From: Saccostrea cucullata
Taxonomy: Eukaryota
DNA length: 64,000 bases
Direction: 5' to 3'
Assembly: GCF_032062105.1 (NCBI RefSeq)
Contig: NW_026925128.1
Coordinates: forward strand, 186,001 to 250,000
Under the pieces are notes generated by a model, which worked only from the letters and a program-made list of their open reading frames with translations, searched no databases and was not told the origin of the DNA. Made by a program: the position numbers and the translations under genes. Shown here in pieces: positions 38,850 to 51,640 of this stretch (position 1 is its first letter; each line of letters starts with the position of its first letter).

Positions 38850-39743
38850 AGAACCATTTCGGAAATATGATGTCATAACTTTGGTACATTTGCAAATTTT
38901 ATGCAGAAAAGCCTAAAATGACTCGTTTCTGTGGTTATTTTCCTATAGAAAACAGTGTGCACGGCCGTCGCCCACTTCAGTTTTTTTATATATTGCGTAA
39001 AATGCTTTGAAAAATCACATATCTCAAAATCTTTTTGGCCGATGCATGTGCAGTGTTTTCTAAACGACAATTCCATTGAAAATTAATGTCTTCTGCAACT
39101 TTTTAAGAAAATACAGGACAATACACAAGTTCATGACGTGACAGTTAGCATTTGGGAAGTCAATATTGGAAAAATGATTTGCATGTTTTTACTGCGTGGA
39201 ATTTCAATGATGTAGAAAGGATTTATTATAATTTCTTACATCACTGCCATATTTTAGAGAAAAAAACAGGGCCAGATTTGTATTAAAACCGTACCTTGTT
39301 TTTTTTTTTTTTCCAAAAGGACCAATGTAGAGTTTCAATACACATCTGACCCTTTATTTTTCTAAAATATGGAAGTGATATTAGAAATTAAAATTTATTT
39401 TTTTCTGAATCATAGGAATTCCATGCAGTAAGAATTTACAAATCGCTTTATCATAATTACCACCTAAATGCTAATTGTGACGTCATATACTTATTTCAAT
39501 TTCCCAAACTTTCTGAAAAGTAGCAGAAAATCAACAATTTTCAGTGGAATTCGAATAATATTGGGAATATACATCACTCATGAGAAACATTAAGAAATGT
39601 GATGTTTTGTTAAAGGATTTTATACAACATAACAGAAAATTGAAGTGGACGACGGCTGTGGCCACTTTTTTTTCTTCAGGGAAAAAACCCTAAAATGAGT
39701 AAAAAGGACCAAGCTAATGACGTCAATTTCCCCAAATGGTTCT
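38850..39743. mobile_element. Foldback/palindromic non-autonomous element (~430 bp imperfect arms)
   Basis: Colinear inverted blocks, e.g. GCCGTCGCCCACTTCA / TGAAGTGGACGACGGC, ATGACGTGACAGTTAGCATTT / AAATGCTAATTGTGACGTCAT, CCATATTTTAGA / TCTAAAATATGG; centre ~39290-39330. Confidence 0.75.
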
Positions 39744-40234
39744 ACTTTGTGTCATATATATATTTTATTTTATAATTTAACACATTGTCAAATTCAACGC
39801 ATATATGATCTAATCTCATATTTTGCAGAACATATTAAATTTTAGGGAACAATAAAGCCCAAACTGTATCTCTTTCTTAACATTTCCTGAAAATTCTTTA
39901 TTTCCTTGGAAAACCAATTTGATAGGTCAATCAAACAACACTTAACTAGTAGGACCTGGTTTTTTTAAAATAAAAATACACGTGTGCGAAAAATATATAG
40001 AGAAGAGAGATTTTCCAACAATATAAACTCATAAAAAATTCACACAAATTTAAATACAATCAGAAACATTCTTTATTTCTTTGGTAATATGTGCATGGAC
40101 AAACGCTTTAAACAAAGGATGGTCAATGAAAATGCACAACTGCCAATAGCTCAAATGTTAAATTACTATTTGTAGAGTATTCAAAGATGGAGGACGTAAA
40201 AATGCCAACTCCAACGCATTTTCTTTCAATTCTG

Positions 40235-40454
40235 GCCCCAAGACCAAAAACTGAGAACAGACTTAAGTCAAAATTTCAAATCGATATGACGTTTGAAATA
40301 ATTTTTGTAAAAAAATACAAAAATTTTCATCATATGTTTGAATTGAAATGTTTTTCACAATTGCACATTTTTAAGCTAATACAATGAATGAAACTGAAGA
40401 TAATCAAAATCAAAATTTTGACTTAAGTATGTTCTCAGTTTATGGTCTTGGGGC
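40235..40454. mobile_element. PIF/Harbinger-type MITE, CTG TSD
   Basis: TIR GCCCCAAGACCA..AACTGAGAACA.ACTTAAGTCAAAATTT and its inverse; CTG at 40232-40234 and 40455-40457. Confidence 0.85.
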
Positions 40455-40823
40455 CTGATCAAATAATTTTAAATGCATGGGATTTTTGAAGCAATATCAC
40501 CAATTTCTTAAATATTTTTCATTTATTACAAAATAAATCTATGATATTAAGAAGTAAATATCCTTGCGCCGAATCTCGAGTATACAAGAATACAATGAGA
40601 TCATGAAACACTGTCATATGGTGTACATGTCCTAGGTGCTTATGTACAAATATTTTATTTTCCATTTTATTAATTAGCTCATTTGCATTGAAATCTCCGT
40701 ACACAACATTAATTTACCCGGGAAGACAAATTAAAAACGACATGGAACATTGAAATATCTCAACCTTCTAGGTACTTTTGAGGTTTTAAGAAAAATAGAA
40801 AACTGCACAAAAGGGAGTTTCAA

Positions 40824-40860
<37 letters not shown>

Positions 40861-42599
40861 AAAACAAAAACAAACAATAAATCAATGAGAGGACAATTAA
40901 TATAATATTTAAGTTCAATAAGATGTCATGTTGACAAGTGACTAAATAATTTTAATACGGAGCGGGTGATTAAAGTAAAGTGCAAAAAATACAAATAAAT
41001 GTTTTAAGAATTAAGAAAGAATGCCTTGAGATACCAAATTAACTACTCTAATAAAACAGATTGTGAACAAATATCGTCTGAAAAAAGGGGTTAAATATGC
41101 ACAAAGAGATGTTGCAGTACAGGCAGTAAAGGCAAAAAAAGAAAATATATGAGGACTCTATGCAGTGTTTGTTTTAAATAACTTGTGTTGATTGAGCCTG
41201 CCATGAAGTGACAATGTCTATTCAATTTATGACAATTTACCTTGCGGCAAGGATACACTTTATCTCGTTACAAAAGGGAAAACTGACCTTCAGTTGAGTT
41301 GATGACAAATGCTTTCTGAATTTGTATACAAAACGAAATGAAAAATATTTCATGTAGCATATTATTCAGAGATGAACACTCCTGGATTTAAAAATAAAAT
41401 AAAATTATCTTGTAGTACAAGTAATGTTCATTCAATACCAATTTTACAATTAACAGTTCTAACAAAAACGTGTAACATTAAACGAATAGAATTGAAATGT
41501 ATTATTAAAAAATATTGATCAAATTGTATAGGAATCATCTTGAAAAAGGTAATTATAATCAGTAGAAATAATAAATCTTGATTATATCTATTGTATACAA
41601 GAAGAATAAGACCTTATTATCTTATAAAATCTGTTTTTCGGACCCCAGTAGGTGCCACCTTGCACCTATAACAAGTAATAATTGTCATTAATATCATCAA
41701 ATGTCGGATCTCTTTATTAATATTTTTCTTCTCTCACAGGAAATAGTGAGAACTGTCAAAACCTAGCCCTTCCACTTCATCAAATTATGAGGACGAAGTG
41801 TCTATGATACGCGATACAACGGGGTTAAGGGACAAGTCAACTGTAAATACTCATTTAGTATTATCAACGTTTTATTAATTAAAATAATTTTGCAGTGACA
41901 AAGGCTTTTATCTGAAGATCCAAGTGGAACTAATTTCCAGCATATAATTAGATAGATGTCAGAATTATCACGAGTATGTGTTTGGATTTTATTAGAATAA
42001 CTGTAATTATGTAGAGTAAAATAGTTCTTTTACCTTTATTATCCATTTATTTGGAATAAATTGCTAAATATAGTTTGAAAAAATAAAGAATATGATACAA
42101 GTCTAATGATTTATAAAGAGTTGTTTTTTTTTAACTTAAATATAATCATTTGATTTATTTCTCATTTAGTAATTTTATAAAATAGATGCAAAAGACGACA
42201 GTATCAATAAGGTGAGTACAGAATTTTCTCTCGATGAATCTTTTATTATTTGTAGGATATTTTTTCTTATATCAAAGGATATTTTATATATACTAAATAT
42301 TTTATTACGAAGGGCAACAGTTACAGCACAAGAAATGAAATTTTGTAAATGCAAAAAAGGAGTTTATCTTAATTTCTCCACTTTGACATCGATAGTAATT
42401 TTAATGTTTTGAACCTTATGGTTTGGTTATTTTTCATCAAAAACAAAAATAATTTTTCAATATTAGTTCAACAAAGAACGTCATGAACTTGCATAAAGAG
42501 ATTATTATACGAATATTATTGCAAATATCTAAGATATGCTAAGGTATCAATTGATAAAAGATGACGGACAGAAATCGATTTAAAAAAAACTTACAAATG

Positions 42600-43070
42600 A
42601 AACAATTATGTGAAAAGTACATACACATATAAAACACAAATGCTCAAAATTAATTCCAGAGATGGAATCAGGTGCCTAGAGGAAGACAGCATCCTCTTTG
42701 ATCGGTCACATCCGCTAATCAACCAAATGTATTGATCAAGTAGACAATTTTGACATAAAATCAAAGGCCTTACAATTGGTATGAACTATGTCATTCAAAA
42801 TATGACCCAATGATAGGTCGTTTTTAATTTTAAAACAATCATTGCAACGATCACAGAATTAACAAAAGACATTAAAAGAGTATTGAAATCTTGTCACATC
42901 AACTTTTTTGTCTGCAGGCTATGTCTGATTTTAAAAATTGATCGTAAATAGAGGATGATCTTAGGTATCGAATAAGTTGGAAAACATAAACACTACATAT
43001 ATACAGGCCAGGGTATTATGTTTATATACGGAAAGTTGACAGAGGAATAACTGGTCTTCTCAAATGTCAT
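42600..43070 (-). mobile_element. Diverged Naiad subfamily fragment
   Basis: Minus strand translates to FQLIRYLRSSSIYDQFLK; retains GGAATCAGGTGCCTAGAGGA..AGCATCC..GATCGGTCACATCCGC. Confidence 0.6.
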
Positions 43071-43769
43071 ACAATAAGCTGTTAGTTGGTCGTAATCGAC
43101 TAAATACAGTAAAACATCAAAGATTTCTTAGAAAGTGTCAAAGAAACTTATTTTTATAGTTCTTCAATAAATGTGATTGGATCAGTAGTACAATTTAATA
43201 TTTCACGCATTTCCCCTAGTTTATGTGAATATTTTTTAAATTTAAATTTAAACAATTAAATCGCTCTTTTTATATTTCTATGGGGATGAACAGTTGCAAT
43301 TATTGCAAAAACTATTGCGTTAACCGATTATGCAGTTTATGTATTTCTTTTGCAGTGCTGCAACTGTTTATCTCAGTATATTAACCTAATTTAATTATTA
43401 AATTTCTTTTTTTATTTTTCTAATGAAAACTACAAGGCCTCATCAGTCATTAATTCCTTATCGTCGTTAAACAGAAAGAAACAAAGAACAGCTCTTAAAT
43501 CAACCTTTATGATCGATAATAAAATATACATGCGAACAGAAAAATAACACAATATTTTACGTAATTTATCCAAATTTGTATAAATATTTGTTTCAAATGC
43601 ATCATAACAGATTATAAACAAGTGTAAATGCCATTCACCCAGTTTCTTAATTTATTCTGCAACTGTGCACATAACAAAAGATTTTTCGACACAGAAAAAA
43701 ATAAGTATAGCAAAACAACACTTTGATTTCAGAATTCTGCATCTGCTTCGTATCTGAATGTTTTGCTGA

Positions 43770-43990
43770 ATATAAGATAAAGGCAAATTAACAACTAAAT
43801 TTTATGACAAACGAGATGATCAGCTTTTTCTTCAATTTTCTTAAACTTCCGTTTTTAATGAAGTTATATTCCACTTTTACCTGAATAAGGTCTTTTTGTT
43901 TCCCAACTTATTTGCTGCTCAAGAGCACGCCCCGAGTGCAGCCAATTTTTAAAACCGAAACAGGCTACATCACATAAATTGATGCTAAAG
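43770..43990 (+). mobile_element. Old Naiad-like RT fragment
   Basis: GKLTTKFYDKRDD...SQLICCSRA-like codons. Confidence 0.55.
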
Positions 43991-45560
43991 TGAAGGTGTA
44001 ATTATTTACTTTTTGGCATATGGTACATGGCATTTCCCCCAAGAAAATATGTTCATACACAACACAGTCTTAGTAAACAGATATCACTAGTGTTTACTTC
44101 GATGGAGAAAATACATGTAAATAAAATTTAATAAAATACATCCAAATAAAATTTGGCCGAGTAAATTGTTAAGAATAGTTAAATTGTTTACAAATTTATC
44201 AAGATACTTCAAATATCTATTTATTAAATTTTAGATCTTAAGGCAGATTACACTAACTGCAGAAAAATACCATATATTTAGAACTCTTTAGTGTGCAGTG
44301 TAGAGAGGGTTCTTAAAAACTGGATGCTTATGGTTTGTTATATTTATGCTTTAAGGTCCGTAAATTGAAAGACAGAAAAATTTTATGATTGAACAAGTAA
44401 TTCATTTTGAAGAATATTTCAAAAAACTTAAAGTAACAAAACAGGCTGCACTGGTGCTTATAAGAGCACACATTCTTCTCAACAATTTAAAAACATTACT
44501 CAAGTAGATATGCATGCATGTTTAATTTGTGCGTGTATGCTGAAAATTTTGCATTAATAATGAATTGCTATTATTTTAAGATTTAAGTTATATCAACCGG
44601 AAAATCACATACATGAAAGTTTCAATATAGAATGGAGAGTGGTAGGCAGTACATCTCCGTATCAGGTAATATAGATTTCACGACAAGCTTTCAATTATGT
44701 CTAGATTTACAAAGAAATCAACACTCTCCACACCGAGTGTCCGGTAATTTACAAGTTTAATATCTGCGATTGATAAACCCAGCTGCCTTTATGCTCTCTC
44801 TCTACTAAAGTCGTATCAAATTTAAATCCTAATTAATGTTATTTTAATACAAGGCCCCTTGCTGGTCATCTAATATTATAAGTTGATTTCTATCTAATTA
44901 TGACAAAGGGAATAAATCTCGTCAAAATAGGATCGATTTTCATGACATTTTAGGGACATTAATGCAGTACGGAAAGTTCGGACTTAACAATATAACAATA
45001 GTCAAACAAATATTTATATGATTTTTTTTTTGGTCAACTGTTTCTTATTTTTAGAACATGCAATTGGATATTCAAAAATAATCCATTGTAAAGTTAGACT
45101 GTTATATATATTATTTATACTTCTCAATCTCAATAGAATACTCTTAAAAGTGAGAATTTGACATAAAAATGCTGAAAAAGGAATATGTACGTGGAAACTT
45201 AAAGAGACAGACAAATACTAGGAAAAAATATCACCTATCATTTAATGTTTCTTTTTAAATTTGATCTAGTGTTCATTTTTCAGCACTTAAAACAATATAC
45301 GAAAAATGATGTTTCCTTCTTTTATGTACCATAAGAACCGTTAAAGAAGTAAAATGACAAAAATAACTTTATTGATAAAAAATATATACATGAAATACAG
45401 CCAATCAATTGAAACTCCTAAATTTTCTTCAATGTTGCCATCGTTTACTTTTAAAGTAAAAAGATTTAAACATTTATAATACGAAAATAAAAAAAAAAAC
45501 TTTAAATATGGGTTGCGGTTTAAAAATGCAATTATCATATCATCTCATTGATACAGACTG

Positions 45561-45780
45561 GGGCCCGTTTTACAAAGGGACTTACGACTTAAGACCAAAT
45601 TTATTTTTTCATATAACTTTTTAATAAATATTATATCGAAATTTATTTTTATATTTTTAAAAGAAATGTGGTCAGATATATTTACACAAATAATTTTGAA
45701 GAGAACTATTAATGTTCCAAAATTTTACAATCATTTTAAGTTTTTTGTCTTAGTCGTAAGTTCTTTTGTAAAATGGGCAC
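45561..45780. mobile_element. PIF/Harbinger-type MITE, CTG TSD
   Basis: TIR GGGCCCGTTTTACAAAGGGACTTACGACT / AGTCGTAAGTTCTTTTGTAAAATGGGCAC; CTG at 45558-45560 and 45781-45783. Confidence 0.85.
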
Positions 45781-45982
45781 CTGTTTTATAAATTTTTGTT
45801 TTCTTTATAATAGAAATTTAACACTACGTACAGTGTATTTAATGCATGGAGATTATGTAGGATATTAACTACAAAAATGATATTTTTTTTCGGAAATTAA
45901 TGCTTTATATAAAGCTTTACTTCGGCCAATAAAAATAAATAGTAGAATGTATGTCCGTGTTGTTGAAAACACATTATATATA

Positions 45983-46178
45983 CTGTATACAGGGTTAGTT
46001 TTGCCCCGTGTTATTTTCGTCCTTTTGCACTTACGAACAATTTTGCCCCGTTTTAATTTCGCCCAGTCATAGATCTGTTCAAGAAATTATGCTGTGTAAT
46101 TTGAATTCGCCCCGTATTAAATTCGCCCAATAAGTAAGAGGGAAAATAAAACGGGGACGAAAATTCCCCTGTATATAG
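45983..46178. mobile_element. MITE, TA TSD
   Basis: CTGTATACAGGG..TTTTGCCCCG / CGGGGACGAAAATTCCCCTGTATATAG, flanked by TA; internal TTCGCCC repeats. Confidence 0.8.
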
Positions 46179-46881
46179 TATAACTTAAAAAGCGCTAAAA
46201 TGTTAGTGTTTAGAATTAAATTTTTTGAAGTGATTTTTTTCTTTGTATAGTATTTTTGCAACAAAAAATGAATATAACATGTATTTTATTTCAAAGACTT
46301 TATCCATTCAGTTGTTCAAAGTTTTATCTTCTCTACAGGATTTAAAGTATTTTAGGACACTGTTAAAAAGGAATGAAGAAAAGGAAAATTTGAGAAAGTT
46401 TTAAGGTAGGTCAAGGTAATTAATTTTTTCCCGTAACAAAAAAAGATCTCCTAAATAACGAATGTGTATGGATAAAGATTTATCACAATCTCATTGTTCA
46501 CTAAATGATTATCATCTTTTAGAATAATAATTGTGTAGAATCACATAAAAGATTTCTTGGACTTTTGCGGACAATAAAGCCAGGTGTTGGTTGATTGATA
46601 TGATTAATTTCACACTTGTTTTTGTTATGTCAGTTAAGTGTTATTTGACCATTACCGAATGTGAGAACTCGTGTTCCGCCGGAGTTTCTGCTTGTTAAAA
46701 TTGTCGCACAATTTGAAAGAGAAATAGCCAGTTATTGAATTTATTACATCGTCTGACTAAAGACCATATTGTCGGAAAACATAATTTGCTTTGAAGAGAC
46801 TGCCTGTTTTGAATTCACCAGTGGTGACCGCTACATAATGACCACAGATTACCCATCACCGACTGATACCAACAAATGATA

Positions 46882-47235
46882 ACAGTAATTAATTTAACTG
46901 GACATAGACGTGTGCTCTTTATTGTTGCTTTTTTCGTATTATCTCTCTTTCTCAGTTCACGATTGAAATTATATAATTCATAACATTAATTATCTAAACA
47001 GTTACTGGACATATATAGACGTGTATTCTTTATTGTTGCTTTTCGTATTATATCTCTCAGTTCACAATTGAAATTATATAATTTATAACGTTAATTATCT
47101 TAACTAGACATATATAGACGTGTTTTCAGTATTGTTGATATTTGGATGATGTCTCTCAGTTCAAATTTGAAATAATAATTATAACAGTAATTAACTTAAC
47201 GGAAAATATGATTGTGTATTCTTTAATGGTTGTTT
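46882..47235. repeat. Imperfect tandem repeat, ~100-110 bp unit, 3-4 copies
   Basis: Recurring GGACATA..GACGTGT..TTATTGTTG..CTCTCAGTTCA..TTGAAAT. Confidence 0.8.
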
Positions 47236-50200
47236 TTGTCTATGTATAATATTCGATTTTAATTAAGTAAAAATTATCTTATTTGCCTTTTTACTTATTT
47301 ATTAAACCTTTCATTTTATAATTTATAAACATTTTTCATTGTTTTGCATCGTATATTTGCATGTATATGTAAAATGTTGCAATGAATTTTAACCTGGTTT
47401 TATTTTTATTAACATTATACTTAAAACAGCAATTTTGAAGTGTACGGTTATGAAGTCATAAAATACCCAAAAATAGCTAAGTCTTCAATTTTTCAGGTAA
47501 CAACTTTTCTATTTCTATTCTATTATTTCATTTATTGTATTAACGTTTTAAAATTAATATTTTAAATGCTTTTAACTATACTTTATGAACAAACTTTCTA
47601 TTATTAACATTCAAAGATATACACAATGTACATGTACATGTATATTCATAAAGTTCATAAGAATTTTTTTTTTAAATTAGATATAGCTGACCTAATGTTC
47701 AAACGGCCAGTCGTATTATGTCAGTTCTTGTTTATAATATATTACAACTTTAATGTCAAAATTCACTGTAATAAATAAACTATTCTTATTGGTGTTGTAT
47801 GTTAGAAAAAAGAAGCAGCTGTCGATATCATATGCCTTGAACTTTTTTGCTTCCTTGAACGTTTATTGTATCTTTCATCGACATTTTTTTTCTTTTGCAT
47901 TGTTTTTATCTATTTATGGAGACTGTCTGTTTATGGATAGTCTATTAGAAATATAAATTACAATTGTGTAATTACAAAAATTAGGGATAGTGGGAGATAC
48001 CCATTGTCTCTAATCAAATTTTGTTTTTCTCTTTATCTAGATGAAAAATACAACCACCAATTATACTACTTTCATAATACTGAACTAGAATTTATTTAAT
48101 CCGATTCCTTTTTTACTTTATTTCTGATGATGTTATGGCTCTCAACAGAGATATTAACGGAATCAGAAATCTAGTTTATTGTTCCTTTACAGCTTATAGG
48201 CTGTATAATGCATTTGCCCATAAGCATCAATTATTTGCAAAGATTATCCCCTCTTTCATTTTGCGCCTTGTCCATTTCATTCAACTCCCCAAGGACCCCA
48301 AATCGTGCAAAGTGCGTCGTTTTGTTTCACCTTCGGCTCTATTTTCCTGACAGCGGAGTTAACACGCATCAAGGCACTGAAATCCTAGAAAGATTGTACG
48401 GAGCGCTCGTGTTCGATTGATCGAAGAAAGACGAAGATTTGTTCGACTGACGAGCAAATCAAATTGCCAATACTGTATTAATGGTTATTAAGATGCTTTT
48501 CAATGTATTCCTACCTAATCCCTAGATTACCGTCTGCTTTCATCTTACTGAAGGCGCAAAGTGGCGCTCAGTCTGAATAACGTGTTTATCAAGGCATTCA
48601 ATTTGAAGCCAAAAATGTAGTTCCGAATCCTTGTCATGGCTGGAAAATTTGACACAACTTGAAAATAAGTGGAAGAGATTGTTGCTAATTAATTTGTACT
48701 TTTCTTATCTGCTTGTTAATATCTTTCTCCATCACTGTTCGCGGGAAGCCTTATCAACCACATCCTTATGGGGGACTTAATGATAAGACTCCGCTCAAGC
48801 TACGGCAGATTTTTTGCTGGAAGTAATACAGGTTTTGTGGTTTTAGCATTTTTTTTTTGCTATCAAAATTAAATTAATAAAAAATTCTTTATTTATTTTA
48901 TCGACTTCAAAAGATTACAAAGATATTTGAAGCAATTGTTTGAATATGTACATGCATGCACTAGTAATTCAGTTACTTACAAGATCTATATTTCAATCTT
49001 TCCTTATGCAAATGTGGTATATTTTAACATTAAATGATAATATTCAAAACATTATTTTTGTAAATACATTGAACACTTTTCAAATCCTTGTTATTTTCAA
49101 GACATTTTTCAGTCAAAAGACTTTTTGTTTATTTCTCCATTCATTTAATCAAAAATGTAATCTGTATGAAACAAATTGAGGTATAAAATTAACTTTAATG
49201 TATTTCAGTCTTATATATGATGTTAAAGGGATACTAATAAATCCTGTTAATATCTGACTTTATCCCGAGTTAATATCAGTATATCGTAGCATGTCTTGGT
49301 CTTAAACATTTAATTATTGTCCAAGAAAATCGACAAGTACATCTTACGCACAGAACGACATTTTGAACCCATGTTAAATGTTTAATGTCGTCTAGCAGCA
49401 CATATTACCGGGCGCACGACATTTTCAATCCATCATTTTCAAGGTTAAATTAATTCTATTGCTATTGTTAACAATAATATTTTAAAAAGAAATAAATAAA
49501 TAAAGGTAATACAATAAGAAATCAAATTAAAGTAAAAGTTAATAACGAATTATTGATGCAATTATTTTTTTTAAGTTTAAAGAAAGTTTGTTTTCCAGAG
49601 CTCTGGAACAGGAATTGTTTGATGTAGGTCTACATTATGCTATTAATTAACAATATCGTCTATTTTTAGTCTATACAATGGAACAACGTCTTCAACTATA
49701 ATTATAAGGCCATAAACCATAACAAAATTCAAAGATTTTATCGGCATCTTCTACAAAAACAAAAAAGATAAAGAAACTTCAAAGATAAATTAATCTTAAT
49801 TTTTCGATATGATGGAATATCAAGCAAGGAATTCCTTTTTATTTAAAACCATCCAATATTTTGCCTGAGAAGGTACGTCAATCTATATAGCGGGTGCTTT
49901 TCCTCGAATGAAATACCACAATTTGTTCTTAGCCATGCGTCAATGCGAAATAGATTCTGACATGTCTCTCCCTGCCATGCGTGCTAACGGACCACTGTCT
50001 CCGCGGAATTAAATCTACCAATAGATTAATCCGATTGACTCTTGAGAATTATCCAATGTAGCAGGAATCAGTGTGTGGGACATCCTATTTAATCCCTGAT
50101 TTGGCACTTATAAGTTTTCCGTGCGTTCATTTCTAAGTGTCATCAATCCTTCATAATAGCTTGTCACCGGTTATCACGCGACTCAAATTCTGTTCCTCGT

Positions 50201-51435
50201 TTTGTTGGACAAAGAAATTGCAAAAAATAGGAATCTTTATAGCAAACAAATAAACAAATATTTTTAAAAAATGTTCTTGGATTTCATGAATAGTATTAAA
50301 ATGCAAAAAAGTGAAATTGTTGCCACTCAATCTATATAATTTAAAGGCTTTTTTCACTCAAGTTTGTTGTGGTTAAATTGCTCAAAATGTAAGAAAGTTT
50401 CATTTTGTTTGACTCCTTCAAGATTATTGCTATCATGTAAGTTTTGTATGCTTTCCTATGACTATGTTTCATGTTTTCTATAGTGCTATATCTTTGATCG
50501 ATTGATAATTTTATTTTATTCTTAATCTATAACAGCTTAAAAATGAAGAATACCTCATTCCGGCTCTTTATTTTTACAATTTTTGTGCCTGTCGACATAC
50601 GTTTCTTTGGGGGAAATATCGATAAAAAGCACAGACAACTTACCAGCTCGTTCAGTAGAATTTGTTCATTATAATCCCAGAAGAATAGTGTGTTCATGAC
50701 ACAAGAACATCAACTCTTACTCAGAATTAATCATAGAAGTGTAGTTTCACTGCGTATATATTGCAAACTACGCAGTACAACTTGATCCTTTCTGTCTTTC
50801 TTACTTTAATAGTGATTTAGTGAAAAGATGTATTTACATTTCATTTTATTTAATGAAGTCAGAATTAGATATTAGGATATAAATGTTTTAAAATCTACTA
50901 ATATTTGAACAGCTTCAGAACAATTTCGTGCATATCCTGCATGCTTTAGATAGATTTGAGTCTGAAAAGAAAGTTTGAAGCGTCCTTAAGAGACATGTTT
51001 CCATAAATTTTAAGTAATCATAAAAGTTTGATCATTGGCAATTTTTCAAATCGTAATCTGTAATAATTCTTTTTTCATTGAGATCTTAATTAAAGCAGAT
51101 ACATATTCCAGTATATTATTACATTCAACGTTTCAAAGTTTTCCGCTTTCACTTGAAAAAAAAAAATTTAAAGCATGTTTATATGCATCATGTATTAAAA
51201 TATTATTGATATTTAAAGTATCAGTCTTTGTGAATACCTGTCAATATACACGCACACGTAATTCTTTAAGAACCAATAAATGTAATAACAATTGTATCGT
51301 ATCACAACAGCTAGATATGAAATGCTATTAAAATACAATGTATTTATAAAAATGCATATTTATATCCTTTATGTACACTGGTCCATATTGCCTTAAAATA
51401 TTATTTATCATTCAAAGTATCAATGTTTGTGAATA

Positions 51436-51640
51436 CTGTAAAATCACCCATTTTCATGGGGTCAAATTTTCGAGGTTTGAGGAAAAACATTGGTTTGCGG
51501 GGATTTAATTTCATGGTTATAAAATGTTAAGTAGTATTGCATATGAAATTTTATATTTCGTGGTGTTCATAAATTCGTGGGTCTCTCCATACTTAGAAAT
51601 CAACGAAAATTAACACCCACGAAAATTATTAATTTCACAG
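51436..51640. mobile_element. MITE, TA TSD
   Basis: CTGTAAAATCA..TTTTCATGGGGT / CACCCACGAAAAT..ATTTCACAG, flanked by TA. Confidence 0.75.

Noticed and set aside
40828-40880. Poly-A tract as a retrocopy tail (also poly-T at ~53265-53291)
   Set aside because: No adjacent recognisable gene or element body and no TSD.
48465-48560. miR-8/miR-200-like sequences (AATACTGT, CATCTTACTG)
   Set aside because: Arms are in the wrong order and do not form a precursor hairpin.
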